From: a virus
Direction: 5' to 3' (one strand)
Virus record (IMG/VR): IMGVR_UViG_3300005573_000054
Location: 95,484-159,483 of that record
DNA length: 64,000 nucleotides
Shown here: positions 1 to 9,938 of the stretch, piece after piece
Numbering within the stretch: the stretch's first letter is position 1
Layout: each line of letters opens with the position of its first letter
Program-made: the position numbers and the translations under genes
The notes under the pieces: model-generated
Seen by the model: the letters and a program-made list of their open reading frames with translations, nothing else
Databases searched by the model: none
What the model was told of the DNA's origin: nothing

Positions 1-853
1 ATGGGTGGGAAATTCGAGTAATCAAGCTGCTGAAGTGTCTGTGACTGGTCACGCTACTTTATCCAATACTGGAGTACTCACGATATCAGATGGAGCAATT
101 ACAGATTCGAAAGTAGCTAACAACGCAGGTATAGCGTGGACTAAAATATCTAAGAGTGGGTCTAATTTAGCAGATTTACAGACGAGAAGCGCGAGTGATT
201 TAAATAGTGGAAATCTAGATATAGCGCGGATGCCCTTGGGGGGAAACTGGGTATTAACTAGCAGTTTAGGTATAACTGGAGCTAATGTTGGTATCGGGAC
301 AACAACACCTCAGGCAAAGCTGGATGTAAATGGGAAGATACGTGCATCACAAGCTACTCAAGCTGGAGAAGTTGTAACAGCAGATAGAACCATTAACACG
401 GGTATTGGTCTTCAGGGTGGAGGAAATCTTACAGCGGATAGAACAATATCTTTAGCGAACACAGGAGTTGTTGCGGGAACGTATGGAGATGCAACACATG
501 TGGGACAATTTACCGTGGACGCACAAGGAAGAATAACTAGTGCAACTGACGTCCAGATAACTGGTGCGTCACCTGTGGGGTCAGCTTTAGGTAGTGGACA
601 TATATGGGTGGGAAATTCGAGTAATCAAGCTGCTGAAGTAGCTGTGACTGGTGACGCTACTTTATCCAATACCGGAATACTCACGATATCAAGCGGGGTA
701 ATTACAGATTCGAAAGTAGCTAGTAACGCAGGTATAGCGTGGACTAAAATATCTAAGAGCGGGTCTAACTTAGCAGATTTACAGACGAGAAGCGCGAGTG
801 ATTTAAGTAGTGGAAATCTGGATATAGCGCGGATGCCCTTGGGGGGAAACTGG
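1..853 (+). repeat. Internal direct repeat in fibre gene (1-250 vs 604-853)
   Basis: Near-identical 250-bp segments 603 bp apart, both encoding WVGNSSNQAAEV...RMPLGGNW. Confidence 0.9.
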
Positions 854-3220
854 ACGATAAGTAGTGATTTAAGTGTACTTGGAAGTGTACTTGTGGTGAA
901 AACAACGGGTAACGTCGGTGTCGGGACAACTAGTCCAGAGGCACTGTTACATGTTCAAGGAAATCTCAAAGTTACAGGACAAACGAACTTTGGAAATGTG
1001 TTTTACACGTGGCCATCGAGCGCGGGAGGTTCGAACCAGGTTTTGTCGACTAACGGAAGTGGAGGTCTAAGTTGGAAGTCAATAAACGACCTTCTTCTTT
1101 ACCCTGTTTCTCAAACCCCGGCACCGAATAGTATTGTTGTTTCAGAGTCTACTGGGAAAATTAATGCAGGATGGATACCAACTGGACCTCTTGGGTGGAT
1201 AGATAGAAAGGAGTATACGCTTTCATCAGGCAATTCAGGATATAGAAGACTTTTTACTTTTGACGGTTCTTCTATGGCTAATTCTACAGAAAAGTCAATA
1301 CGGTTCTGTATTGAGTGGAGTGGTCAGTCACCTGAAAGACGGGGAATGGCTATAGTTAAGGGGTCCGTCTATAAGCAGTATGATGGTACATTTGACCTCC
1401 TTGTTGATGTAGAATGGGAGTGGCATAAAGAAGATGACAATCATTTGGGTGTTTATGATGTTGTCCTATGGAAACCTACAAATTCTTCTGAAATAAAACT
1501 TTCATCATGGGTCTATGCTTACGGTGGTTTAACTGTTACATTGTCATTATTGGAAGCTCCATCGGATATAGTATTACCGAGTAGTTTAGTTGGTGATAAT
1601 GTTAGTAGTTATGATCTTGTTGATAGTAGGTGGCTCTTTACGGATAACATAAATACAGCTTATGCAATGCATCTTGCTAATCCTATTCCTGAGACAGGAA
1701 TACAGCGGTTTTTTGCAACAGCATCACAAACGCCTAGTGGTAGAAGTATAGTCGTTTCAAGATCTGATGGAACGATTGATCCAGGGTGGTTACCAGGTGG
1801 AGGTGGTAGTCTTCCACCAGGAAGCGCTAATCAGACTTTGAGACACGATGGCACTACATGGGTGGCAAGTAGTTTACTTGTAAACACAGGAGCGAACATC
1901 GGTATTGGGACATCGAGCCCATCACAAAAACTTGAAGTTGTCGGTAATATCAAAGTGAGCTCCTCTGATTTAGGAGTAATACTTAATGCTGATAATAGAC
2001 CGCTTATTACTCGAGGGTGGGATCCTTTTAATTCTGGAAAGTATAGTGGAATAGGTAGATGGGGACTGTTTATGGAAGAAACGAAACTCACTATAGGGAC
2101 ACCAGCTATTCCTGGTAATGGAATTGTTCAGTTTGCAAGGTATAGAGATGATAGCACAATTGATCAGGTTACGATGACGTTTGACCCATCGGGTAACGTT
2201 GGCATCGGGACAACAGTGCCAGAAACAAAGTTACATGTTCAAGGAAATCTCAAAGTTACGGGACAAACGAACTTTGGAGGAGTGTCTTACGCGTGGCCAA
2301 CAACTGGAGGAAGTTCAGGACAGGTTTTAACTACTGATGGAAATGGAAATTTGAGTTGGGCTCCAGTTGGTGGTATGGCGTTTGGATGGGCAACGACATC
2401 AGGATCAATATATGGATTAGGTTATTTAGCTGGTTGTGGAGATATAAATAATGCTCTTAAATTCGGTGGGTACTCTTTCCCATATGCTTATGGTTACACA
2501 GAAAAATGGTCAGGTAGTAGTTGGGCTACAACATCGGTATTGAAACAAGGGAGAGATTACTTGGCTGGTTGTGGAAATGTATATAATGCTCTTAGCTTTG
2601 GTGGGGAGGACGTTAGCGGGAACCCGACTGGTACTACAGAAAAGTGGTTAGGTGACTCTTGGCAAACAACAACGAGTTTACTTTGGCTAAGAGAAGGTCC
2701 GGCGGGTTGTGGAGATGTGAATAATGCTCTTAGCTTCGGTGGGCTTAGCTTCGGTGGGTATGACGATACAAGTTATCTTAGTACCACAGAAAAATGGTCA
2801 GGTAGTAGTTGGGCTACAACAACAGCTTTGAATCAAGCAAGAGGTTACTTAGCTGGTTGTGGAAATGTGAATAGTGCTCTTAGCTTTGGTGGGTATGATG
2901 ATACAAGTTATCTTAGTACTACAGAAAAATGGATGGGTAGTAGTTGGACTGTAACATCAGTTTTGAATCAGTCAAGAGCTTATTTAGCTGGTTGTGGAGA
3001 TATATATAATGCTCTTTGTTTTGGTGGGTGGAACGGTGGTGCTATTAATACCACCGAAAAATGGATAGGTACTAGTTGGGCAACAACACTAGGATTAACT
3101 GTAGGAAGACATGGTTTAGCCGGTTGTGGAAGTATTAGTGGTGCCCTTAGTTTTGGTGGAGTCACAGGTACAGATGCAGATTATGGACTTGCTACAACAG
3201 AAAAATGGTGCAGTGCATAA
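1..3220 (+). CDS. Tail fibre / receptor-binding protein (5'-truncated), GNVGIGT-repeat shaft with a C-terminal 6-blade Kelch-like beta-propeller
   Basis: Frame is open from the window edge; the GTG at 5 corresponds to the internal 'HIWVGNSSN' of the repeat copy at 604. Multiple G(N)VGIGT fibre repeats. Six C-terminal ~44-aa GCGxxxxALxFGG...TTEKW repeats. Confidence 0.8.
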   Translation, partial: WVGNSSNQAAEVSVTGHATLSNTGVLTISDGAITDSKVANNAGIAWTKISKSGSNLADLQTRSASDLNSGNLDIARMPLGGNWVLTSSLGITGANVGIGTTTPQAKLDVNGKIRASQATQAGEVVTADRTINTGIGLQGGGNLTADRTISLANTGVVAGTYGDATHVGQFTVDAQGRITSATDVQITGASPVGSALGSGHIWVGNSSNQAAEVAVTGDATLSNTGILTISSGVITDSKVASNAGIAWTKISKSGSNLADLQTRSASDLSSGNLDIARMPLGGNWTISSDLSVLGSVLVVKTTGNVGVGTTSPEALLHVQGNLKVTGQTNFGNVFYTWPSSAGGSNQVLSTNGSGGLSWKSINDLLLYPVSQTPAPNSIVVSESTGKINAGWIPTGPLGWIDRKEYTLSSGNSGYRRLFTFDGSSMANSTEKSIRFCIEWSGQSPERRGMAIVKGSVYKQYDGTFDLLVDVEWEWHKEDDNHLGVYDVVLWKPTNSSEIKLSSWVYAYGGLTVTLSLLEAPSDIVLPSSLVGDNVSSYDLVDSRWLFTDNINTAYAMHLANPIPETGIQRFFATASQTPSGRSIVVSRSDGTIDPGWLPGGGGSLPPGSANQTLRHDGTTWVASSLLVNTGANIGIGTSSPSQKLEVVGNIKVSSSDLGVILNADNRPLITRGWDPFNSGKYSGIGRWGLFMEETKLTIGTPAIPGNGIVQFARYRDDSTIDQVTMTFDPSGNVGIGTTVPETKLHVQGNLKVTGQTNFGGVSYAWPTTGGSSGQVLTTDGNGNLSWAPVGGMAFGWATTSGSIYGLGYLAGCGDINNALKFGGYSFPYAYGYTEKWSGSSWATTSVLKQGRDYLAGCGNVYNALSFGGEDVSGNPTGTTEKWLGDSWQTTTSLLWLREGPAGCGDVNNALSFGGLSFGGYDDTSYLSTTEKWSGSSWATTTALNQARGYLAGCGNVNSALSFGGYDDTSYLSTTEKWMGSSWTVTSVLNQSRAYLAGCGDIYNALCFGGWNGGAINTTEKWIGTSWATTLGLTVGRHGLAGCGSISGALSFGGVTGTDADYGLATTEKWCSA
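2383..3210 (+). repeat. Kelch-like blade array A (6 units of ~132 bp)
   Basis: Recurrent gctggttgtgga...gctcttag(t/c)tt(t/c)ggtgg and acagaaaaatgg...ggtagtagttgg frameworks. Confidence 0.9.
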
Positions 3221-3245
3221 AACATTTAAACGGAGGTATTAAACT

Positions 3246-3608
3246 ATGGCAGTAGTATATGTTAAATTCTTTTGTCAAGGAAATCCAACGAATCCAAATC
3301 AATGCACGACTCCTTGGGATAAAACAATCAAGTGTTCTATTCCAATAAACGGAATACATGAGGGTATATATTACAACCTTATGGTAATGGAGGGAGATGA
3401 AAACCTTATAAAGCAGTGGGTAAACGAGAATGTTGGTAAAGTTCAAATAATAACTAAAGATGAGGCTAACCAATTAGGACAATTACTTGTTCCTCCTGGA
3501 ACTGAGAGAACTAGAGTCGGAATGCCGGATCGAAAGGAACCTGTAACCTACATAGCAACAGAATTCGATGTTGATCATCCAGAGAATTTATGGGTAGTTA
3601 AACAGTAA
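3246..3608 (+). CDS. Small partner protein of propeller fibre (putative assembly chaperone), paralog of 12487..12849
   Basis: GGAGG RBS. Highly similar to 12487..12849, and both directly follow a propeller gene. Confidence 0.7.
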   Translation: MAVVYVKFFCQGNPTNPNQCTTPWDKTIKCSIPINGIHEGIYYNLMVMEGDENLIKQWVNENVGKVQIITKDEANQLGQLLVPPGTERTRVGMPDRKEPVTYIATEFDVDHPENLWVVKQ

Positions 3609-3659
3609 ACCATATATAAAATCTAAACCAAAAATCTAACATTAGGAGGACATTCGAAA

Positions 3660-5123
3660 ATGGACAATGAAGTAAAAGAACTTAGACCAATTCAAAAAAA
3701 CAAAGCGTTAATCTCTAACATCGATGTATTAAGAAACACAGAATTAGTTAAACCAGAAGACTTTGAATTCTTAAAAGATCACGCTGAAAAATTCCAAAAG
3801 AGATTCAGAACAAGATCTTTTTTCAGGTCTAAAACAGAAATGATTGCCGGTGTTCTAAACGACGCTGAACATCCTACTCCAGACAGTAAGTATTGGCAAG
3901 CAATTGGTGAACAAAATGTTCATCTTACAGAGTTAATTAGTCTTTCTTACGAATACAAAAAACTAGAAGCAAATAACGACCTCTTACTAGCCGAAATCGA
4001 AGAACTCGAGGACAAAATATCAAAAGAAACAAATGAAATTAAAATAAAGAAACTACAAGCCAGATTGAAAAAAAAGAGAGTCGAGTTAGCTCAAGCACAA
4101 TTTATAATGGTGCAACAGGTTAAAGTCGCTCAAGAAAGACTAAGAGAGGTAAAAACCTGGGAAGGTATCATCCAAGAGTTAGAGGGACAACTAGAGTATG
4201 GAGATGAGGATTTCGAACTCCATCATCCAAAGAGGTACTACCTAAGATACAAAAATAAAATGGAAAAGTTACAACTACTTGAACCTTCCGCGAAAGAGAA
4301 CGTCGTAAACCACTTTGAAGCATTTTCAAAACTGATCAACGAAAACCCATCTCTTATGAAACCTAATGTTCCACCGGGTCTACCAGGTAGTGCTAGTGAA
4401 GATGTTAAATCATTGGAGGAAGCATCTAAAAATGATGCCATAGTGAAAAAATACTTTGACCACAAAGTCAGAAAAATACTAGTAGTTGCACCTCATAGAA
4501 ATAAAGAAGATGGAAATGTGACTAATTTTAATTTGATGCAAGTTCCTGCTGCTTTCAGCGCATCTTTATTTGAACCTTATGGATATCTAGTAGCAGATGC
4601 TCAAAACTACGCTGTTAAAAAGGCCCTCGACGAAGGATATAACTATATCTTCTTCGTTGAAGACGATGTCTTAATCCCAAGAAATGCTTTAGTGCAGTTG
4701 ATGAAACATAACGCAGACGTTGTAGGTGGTTTCTACTATAGAAAGTATCTTCCTCTTGAATCAGCTGGAATGCACTATAACGAAAATGGAGAACCTTCGT
4801 CTATAGATGATTTTAAGATAGGAGATGTAATTCACAATACTCTTGTTTTGCCTATGGGATGTACATTGATAAAGACGGATGTGTTTAAAGATATGGAGTA
4901 TCCTTGGTACAAAGAAGTCCAGGTGAGTGGTAAACCAGCTCTTACCTCTGATACTTATATCTGTGAAAAATTTAGACAGAAGAACATTGATGTAATTACT
5001 GATACGGGTGTTCAGTGTTTACATATAGATAAAAAAAGAGGGATAATCTATGGGCATCCTGATATCGTCGATCACATCACTAATACAATACGAGAAGCGT
5101 GGAGAGAATATTTCGCTCGGTAA
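3660..5123 (+). CDS. Coiled-coil phage domain fused to GT2 (GT-A) glycosyltransferase
   Basis: N-terminal heptad-rich region with HPTPDSKYWQ. C-terminal AQNYAVKKAL...YIFFVEDDVLIP (DxD-type), ADVVGGFY, MGCTLIKTDVF, SDTYICEK, DTGVQCLH. Confidence 0.75.
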   Translation: MDNEVKELRPIQKNKALISNIDVLRNTELVKPEDFEFLKDHAEKFQKRFRTRSFFRSKTEMIAGVLNDAEHPTPDSKYWQAIGEQNVHLTELISLSYEYKKLEANNDLLLAEIEELEDKISKETNEIKIKKLQARLKKKRVELAQAQFIMVQQVKVAQERLREVKTWEGIIQELEGQLEYGDEDFELHHPKRYYLRYKNKMEKLQLLEPSAKENVVNHFEAFSKLINENPSLMKPNVPPGLPGSASEDVKSLEEASKNDAIVKKYFDHKVRKILVVAPHRNKEDGNVTNFNLMQVPAAFSASLFEPYGYLVADAQNYAVKKALDEGYNYIFFVEDDVLIPRNALVQLMKHNADVVGGFYYRKYLPLESAGMHYNENGEPSSIDDFKIGDVIHNTLVLPMGCTLIKTDVFKDMEYPWYKEVQVSGKPALTSDTYICEKFRQKNIDVITDTGVQCLHIDKKRGIIYGHPDIVDHITNTIREAWREYFAR

Positions 5124-5136
5124 CATCTGAAGGGGT

Positions 5137-5526
5137 ATGATGATTTTTAAATTTCTTTCTATTCTTAAAACTACAACACTGATTTCTATTGTGGTATGTC
5201 TCTTCTTAAGTGTATTCTATATAAAGCACCTAAGAAAAGAGGTCGACCAGTACAAATCTCTTTATAATACATCACAATACCAACTTGAGACGTGTAAGTC
5301 GACCAATAAAGAGCTTCTTGAGCAGATCTCTGTACAACGTCAAGACTACGAAGTCAAAGTAAACTCACTTCTCAGGAAGATTAAAGACCTGAGTTCAAAA
5401 ACTCCTGTCATTCAAATTCCTAAAGATGTTCCAAAAGAATCAAAAATAACCCAAGAAGAATGTTTGAAAATGGGAGTAATGCTCGATGACTTTGAGAACG
5501 CTATTAAAACGCTTGATTCTCACTAA
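5137..5526 (+). CDS. Putative inner-membrane spanin (Rz-like)
   Basis: N-terminal TM segment followed by coiled coil. Overlaps a lipoprotein gene and lies next to holin and lysin genes. Confidence 0.6.
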   Translation: MMIFKFLSILKTTTLISIVVCLFLSVFYIKHLRKEVDQYKSLYNTSQYQLETCKSTNKELLEQISVQRQDYEVKVNSLLRKIKDLSSKTPVIQIPKDVPKESKITQEECLKMGVMLDDFENAIKTLDSH

Positions 5527-5764
5527 CCTCATCATTATCATTACTCTCATTTTCTTTGGGTGTGCTTCTCCAAAGTTACAACCGGCGGTTATTGAAAAAC
5601 CTGTAATGATGAAATGCCCTATTCCGGATATACCTAAAGCCGATATTAAACCTATTCCACCTAACGCTTCGTACTTAGAGAAGCTTCAAATCATTCTTAA
5701 CAACTATATACAACTTTACCAAGAGAATATTCTTCTTCGAGAATCAATTAAGTTATGCAAATAA
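5486..5764 (+). CDS. Putative outer-membrane spanin (Rz1-like lipoprotein)
   Basis: Basic N-terminus, hydrophobic stretch, lipobox-like IFFG-C, Pro-rich mature part. Overlaps the 3' end of the upstream gene. Confidence 0.65.
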   Translation: MTLRTLLKRLILTNLIIIITLIFFGCASPKLQPAVIEKPVMMKCPIPDIPKADIKPIPPNASYLEKLQIILNNYIQLYQENILLRESIKLCK

Positions 5765-5781
5765 CTTGGAGGTATTATCCA

Positions 5782-6042
5782 ATGAAGCGTTTTCTAAAAA
5801 GATATAGCGTTGATATTTTCTTTTCGGTTTTGTTTGTTTTCTTGACGTATATCATTTCTGTAGTAGGCCAAGAGAATATTGCAGTTGTTTTTAGAAAAGT
5901 AGCGGTGTTCTCCGCGTGGTCAGTAATGTGGTATTTAAGTAGGATTCTAAAGGTTGGGTTTGTTGAGTGGTCTGAAGAGGATAAGAAGAAGTATTCTTAT
6001 GTGTATATGATCTCTTCTGCTTTAATATTTGCTCTTGCCTAG
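5782..6042 (+). CDS. Putative holin
   Basis: Small protein with about three hydrophobic segments, immediately upstream of the lysin. Start moved to the ATG after GGAGG (ORF track gives 5755). Confidence 0.55.
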   Translation: MKRFLKRYSVDIFFSVLFVFLTYIISVVGQENIAVVFRKVAVFSAWSVMWYLSRILKVGFVEWSEEDKKKYSYVYMISSALIFALA

Positions 6043-6060
6043 ACTCGCTTTGATCTAAAG

Positions 6061-6690
6061 ATGCGTAATTTTTTTTCCTGGATAATTTCGATATTCGCCA
6101 CAGTATTGTTTTTGTTTCCTTCATATGCATCATCTAATGACAGATGTAGATCAATTCAATCTCTTATAGAACAAAGCCACAAAGCCATTCTTGGAGAGGA
6201 ATATCCTTGGTGGTATGGTGTTGGCCAAGCTAAAGTAGAATCAAACTGTAAGTGGATTGCTTCCCAAGATGGTTATGGTAGTATCGGATATTTTCAATTA
6301 ACTCCAAAATTTCTTGATCCTATTATCAGACCACTCTATCCTGATTATACGAAATTCAACAGTCCACATCACTTTTACGCGGCTGCTACTTATATAAAGA
6401 TTCTGTGGAATGAATCACCTTCCCCTGTTTTGTGGGTTATTTATCAACAATATAATGGTGGGTATTGGGTGGTTAAGGAGTGTAAACGAGCTAAGTCGTG
6501 GACTTGGGAGTATTGTAAACGAGAGTGTAGGAGATCTGACGTCTGTGTAAAGTTACAGGGAGGAAAGTGTTTTCAGCATAGAAGTTCGTGTGATATTAAC
6601 TATGAGTATAGTTTAAAGGTCTTTGAAAATGGTTCTCTCTATAGACCTGATTATGTAAACGAAGATCAGCTTTTGTATTCATATTGGTAG
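6061..6690 (+). CDS. Lytic transglycosylase (SLT-like) endolysin with signal peptide
   Basis: QAKVES (catalytic Glu), GSIGYFQL and YNGG motifs. N-terminal signal-like segment ending SYA. Cys-rich C-terminus. Confidence 0.75.
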   Translation: MRNFFSWIISIFATVLFLFPSYASSNDRCRSIQSLIEQSHKAILGEEYPWWYGVGQAKVESNCKWIASQDGYGSIGYFQLTPKFLDPIIRPLYPDYTKFNSPHHFYAAATYIKILWNESPSPVLWVIYQQYNGGYWVVKECKRAKSWTWEYCKRECRRSDVCVKLQGGKCFQHRSSCDINYEYSLKVFENGSLYRPDYVNEDQLLYSYW

Positions 6691-6702
6691 AACATATTAG
6701 AG
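6690..6702 (+). promoter_or_regulatory. Candidate phage promoter, GAACAWA motif
   Basis: GAACATATTAGAG, 38 nt before ATG 6728. One of at least nine similarly placed copies. Confidence 0.5.
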
Positions 6703-6727
6703 CGTACATCGTTTAGGGAGGGTTAAA

Positions 6728-7006
6728 ATGGGAGCATTTTATGAGGAAGGCGTAGAAAGTACTATACTCGTTTTACGAGAACGTTCTAGCGTATGGATTG
6801 TTTCCACCGGAAAAAAGGAACCTACTAATTATCCTATCGTAGAACGTATCTACTGGTTTGATACATCTTCTGATGCTATCGTGTTGAAGAGGAAATTTTT
6901 GAGACAAAAAGAATGGGAAGTAGTAACTGAAGAAACCGATCAAGACTACTCTATTGTTCTCAAAAAGGCGAAAGATTCTCTTGATACGTTTCCTTTAAAA
7001 GATTAA
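6728..7006 (+). CDS. Hypothetical protein
   Basis: ORF with GGGAGGG RBS. Confidence 0.6.
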   Translation: MGAFYEEGVESTILVLRERSSVWIVSTGKKEPTNYPIVERIYWFDTSSDAIVLKRKFLRQKEWEVVTEETDQDYSIVLKKAKDSLDTFPLKD

Positions 7007-7024
7007 GAGAAAGCGAGGTCTAAA

Positions 7025-7246
7025 GTGCCAGCTAGAAGCGAGTCTCAAAGACGTCTTTTTGCTATGGCTTTGGCTTATAAAAGAGGGACTCCTCTTAGAA
7101 AAGGCCTTTCAAAAGAGATTCAGAAGACTGTTAGAGAACTTTCTAAGCTTCCTGAAAAGAAACTAGAATTATACTCAAGAAAGACGAAACCTCTACCCCA
7201 AAAGGTAAAAAAGAAGATTATTGAACTTATAGAGATTTTCCTTTAA
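7025..7246 (+). CDS. DUF3008-like small basic protein
   Basis: MPARSESQRRLFAMALAYKRG resembles the MPAKSKAQQ...ALxAKRG family start. Confidence 0.55.
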   Translation: MPARSESQRRLFAMALAYKRGTPLRKGLSKEIQKTVRELSKLPEKKLELYSRKTKPLPQKVKKKIIELIEIFL

Positions 7247-7264
7247 AAAAGAGAGGTTATTAGG

Positions 7265-9796
7265 ATGCCTACAATTAGATTAAAACGAGGAACACGATCT
7301 CAGATCTTATCAGGGAGTTTTCTCGAAGGAGAACCTCTGTTCTCAACTGATACTATGGAATTGATTCTTCAGGGAGTTTCTTCTAAAGTAATCTTAGCAA
7401 GAGCTGATCTAGATAATGTCGAGAACGTGGCAATTCTAAATAAGATAAAAGAAGTTGATGGAACAGGATCGGGACTTGACGCTGATACAGTAGATGGATT
7501 CCATGCTAGTCAAACACCTACAGCAAATCAGATTCCCGTTTTAGATTCAAACGGAATCTTGAACCTATCTTATGGAGCGAATTTAGCGATAAGTTTAGGA
7601 AAAGTTGGGATCGGAATAAGTTCTCCAAGTCAAAAATTATCGGTTTCGGGAAGAATTCAGATAGGTGACGACAATGAGTTGTCTGTTGCTGGTACTGTTC
7701 GCTGGACTGGAACAGACTTTGAAGGATATACTGGGAGTGAGTGGGCGTCTTTTACTACGTCAGGTATTACACCGAGTCCACTAGAAGAAGTTATTAAAGC
7801 TTCTGGAGCCACATTATCTGATTCAGAGGTACGTAATACTATAATTAATAATTATGGTCAAACCAGTCATATAATTTACACACTTCCAGTGGCGGCGGCT
7901 GGAATGAATTTTACTATCATTATAGGGTCAGGTGGAGAAAGTTCAGATTCTTCACTGTCGAATATTGGAAAAGCTCTTAGAATTGAACCAGATTCATCTA
8001 ATTCTATTTACTTTAATAATGTCGATGCTGGACGTGGTACTAACGTTGGAGCACCTTTGGCTATTAAAGGTTCACAGATAAAGTTTACTTCCTTTAAGAC
8101 GGGTTCTTCTAACTGGAATTGGTTGGCAGTGACGAAAGGTCTAGGATGGGATGTATGTGTGAATGTGTGGTCTATAACGTCGAGTTTAAACCAAGCAAAG
8201 AACCAATTAGCTGGTTGTGGAGATATGAATGTTGCTCTTAGTTTTGGTGGAAACACAGGTAGTACTGTTAATACTACAGAAAAATGGTCGGGTAGTAGTT
8301 GGGTTACAACATCAGCTTTGAATCAGGCAAGAGGTTACTTGGCTGGTTGTGGAAACGTAAATAATGCTCTTAGTTTTGGCGGGTGGAACGGTGCAAGTTA
8401 TCTTAGTACCACAGAAAAATGGTCAGGTAGTAGTTGGGCTACAACAACAGCTTTGAATCAAGCGAGAAGCAATCTAGCTGGTTGCGGAAATGTGAATAAT
8501 GCTCTTAGTTTTGGTGGGTGGAACGGTATTGCTGTTAATACCACCGAAAAATGGTCAGGTAGTAGTTGGACTATAACGTCGTCATTAAATCGAGCAAGAA
8601 CTGAGCTTACCGGTTGTGGAGATATAAACAACGCTCTTAGTTTTGGTGGGTGGAACGGTACAAGTTATTTTAATACCACAGAAAGATGGTCGAGTACTAG
8701 TTGGGCCACGACATCGGTTTTGAATCAAGCAAAGTCTGGTCTAGCTGGTTGTGGAAATGTAGATAATGCTCTTAGTTTTGGTGGATATACAGGTAGTACT
8801 GTTAATACCACAGAAAAATGGTCAGGTAGTAGTTGGGTTATAACATCAGTATTGAATCAAGCAAGAACTGAATTTACCGGTTGTGGAGATGTAAACACTG
8901 CTCTTAGTTTTGGCGGGTTGGGTAATACAAGTTATCTTAATATTACAGAAAAGTGGTCACCTTTCACTCCTAATTTCGTTACTGCTTGGAGAACAGCTAG
9001 TAGAATGAATCAAGCGAGAAGCAGTCTAGCTGGTTGTGGAGATGTGAATAATGCTCTTAGTTTTGGTGGGTGGAACGGTATTGCTGTTAATACCACCGAA
9101 AAATGGTCAGGTAGTAGTTGGATCACAACAACAGTTTTAAACATTACAAGAGTTGCCTTGACTGGTTGTGGAAATGTGAATAATGCTCTTAGCTTTGGTG
9201 GAGAAACAGGTGTAGGTAGTCGTGTTAATACTACAGAAAAATGGTCGGGTAGTAGTTGGGCTACAACATCAGTATTGAGCCAAGTAAAAAGCCAATTAGC
9301 TGGTTGTGGAGATATGAATACTGCTCTTTGTATTGGTGGGACCCCAGCTGGTGGTGCCGTTACTGGAACTACAGAAAAATGGTCGGGTAGTAGTTGGGCT
9401 ACAACATCATCGTTGAATCAAGCGAGATGTGCTCTAGCTGGTTGTGGAAATGTGAATAGTGCTCTTAGTTTTGCTGGGTGGGACGGTACAAATTATTTTG
9501 AGACTACAGAAAGATGGTCGGGTAGTAGTTGGGCTACAACATCAACTTTGAATCAGGTAAAACGTGATCTTGCCGGTTGTGGAAATGTGAATAATGCTCT
9601 CTGTTTTGGTGGGTGGAACAATACAAGTTATTTTAATACCACAGAGAGATGGTCGGGTAGTAGTTGGGCTACAACATCATCGTTGAATCAAGCGAGATGT
9701 GGTCTAGCTGGTTGTGGAAATGTAAATAATGCCCTTGGTTTTGGTGGAAGCACAGGTAACTACGTCGGTACTACAGAAAAATGGTCAGGAGTATGA
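7265..9796 (+). CDS. Receptor-binding protein with N-terminal KRGT (Mtd-N-like) anchor and two tandem 6-blade Kelch-like propellers
   Basis: IRLKRGT...GEP...TDT start, LDADTVDGFHAS motif, and 12 blade repeats split 6+6 by the linker SPFTPNFVTAWR. Confidence 0.8.
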   Translation: MPTIRLKRGTRSQILSGSFLEGEPLFSTDTMELILQGVSSKVILARADLDNVENVAILNKIKEVDGTGSGLDADTVDGFHASQTPTANQIPVLDSNGILNLSYGANLAISLGKVGIGISSPSQKLSVSGRIQIGDDNELSVAGTVRWTGTDFEGYTGSEWASFTTSGITPSPLEEVIKASGATLSDSEVRNTIINNYGQTSHIIYTLPVAAAGMNFTIIIGSGGESSDSSLSNIGKALRIEPDSSNSIYFNNVDAGRGTNVGAPLAIKGSQIKFTSFKTGSSNWNWLAVTKGLGWDVCVNVWSITSSLNQAKNQLAGCGDMNVALSFGGNTGSTVNTTEKWSGSSWVTTSALNQARGYLAGCGNVNNALSFGGWNGASYLSTTEKWSGSSWATTTALNQARSNLAGCGNVNNALSFGGWNGIAVNTTEKWSGSSWTITSSLNRARTELTGCGDINNALSFGGWNGTSYFNTTERWSSTSWATTSVLNQAKSGLAGCGNVDNALSFGGYTGSTVNTTEKWSGSSWVITSVLNQARTEFTGCGDVNTALSFGGLGNTSYLNITEKWSPFTPNFVTAWRTASRMNQARSSLAGCGDVNNALSFGGWNGIAVNTTEKWSGSSWITTTVLNITRVALTGCGNVNNALSFGGETGVGSRVNTTEKWSGSSWATTSVLSQVKSQLAGCGDMNTALCIGGTPAGGAVTGTTEKWSGSSWATTSSLNQARCALAGCGNVNSALSFAGWDGTNYFETTERWSGSSWATTSTLNQVKRDLAGCGNVNNALCFGGWNNTSYFNTTERWSGSSWATTSSLNQARCGLAGCGNVNNALGFGGSTGNYVGTTEKWSGV

Positions 9797-9821
9797 ATTA
9801 ATTAGACGGAGGTGTTAAGTC

Positions 9822-9860
9822 GTGGCAATAGTGTATGTTAAATTCTCGTTACGGACTTGA
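9822..9860 (+). pseudogene. 12-codon stub of the 120-aa propeller partner gene
   Basis: acggaggtgttaagtc-GTGGCAATAGTGTATGTTAAATTCTC matches the RBS and start of 12487..12849, then diverges and stops (VAIVYVKFSLRT*). Confidence 0.75.
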
Positions 9861-9900
9861 ACTATATGAACGAAGGTCAATTTCCACACTTTTATTAGTA

Positions 9901-9915
9901 GAACATATTAAGATA
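9901..9915 (+). promoter_or_regulatory. Candidate phage promoter, GAACAWA motif
   Basis: GAACATATTAAGATA, 38 nt before ATG 9939. TAGAACATATTA is shared with the 6690 copy. Confidence 0.5.
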
Positions 9916-9938
9916 AATATCGCCCGGAGAGAGTTAAA

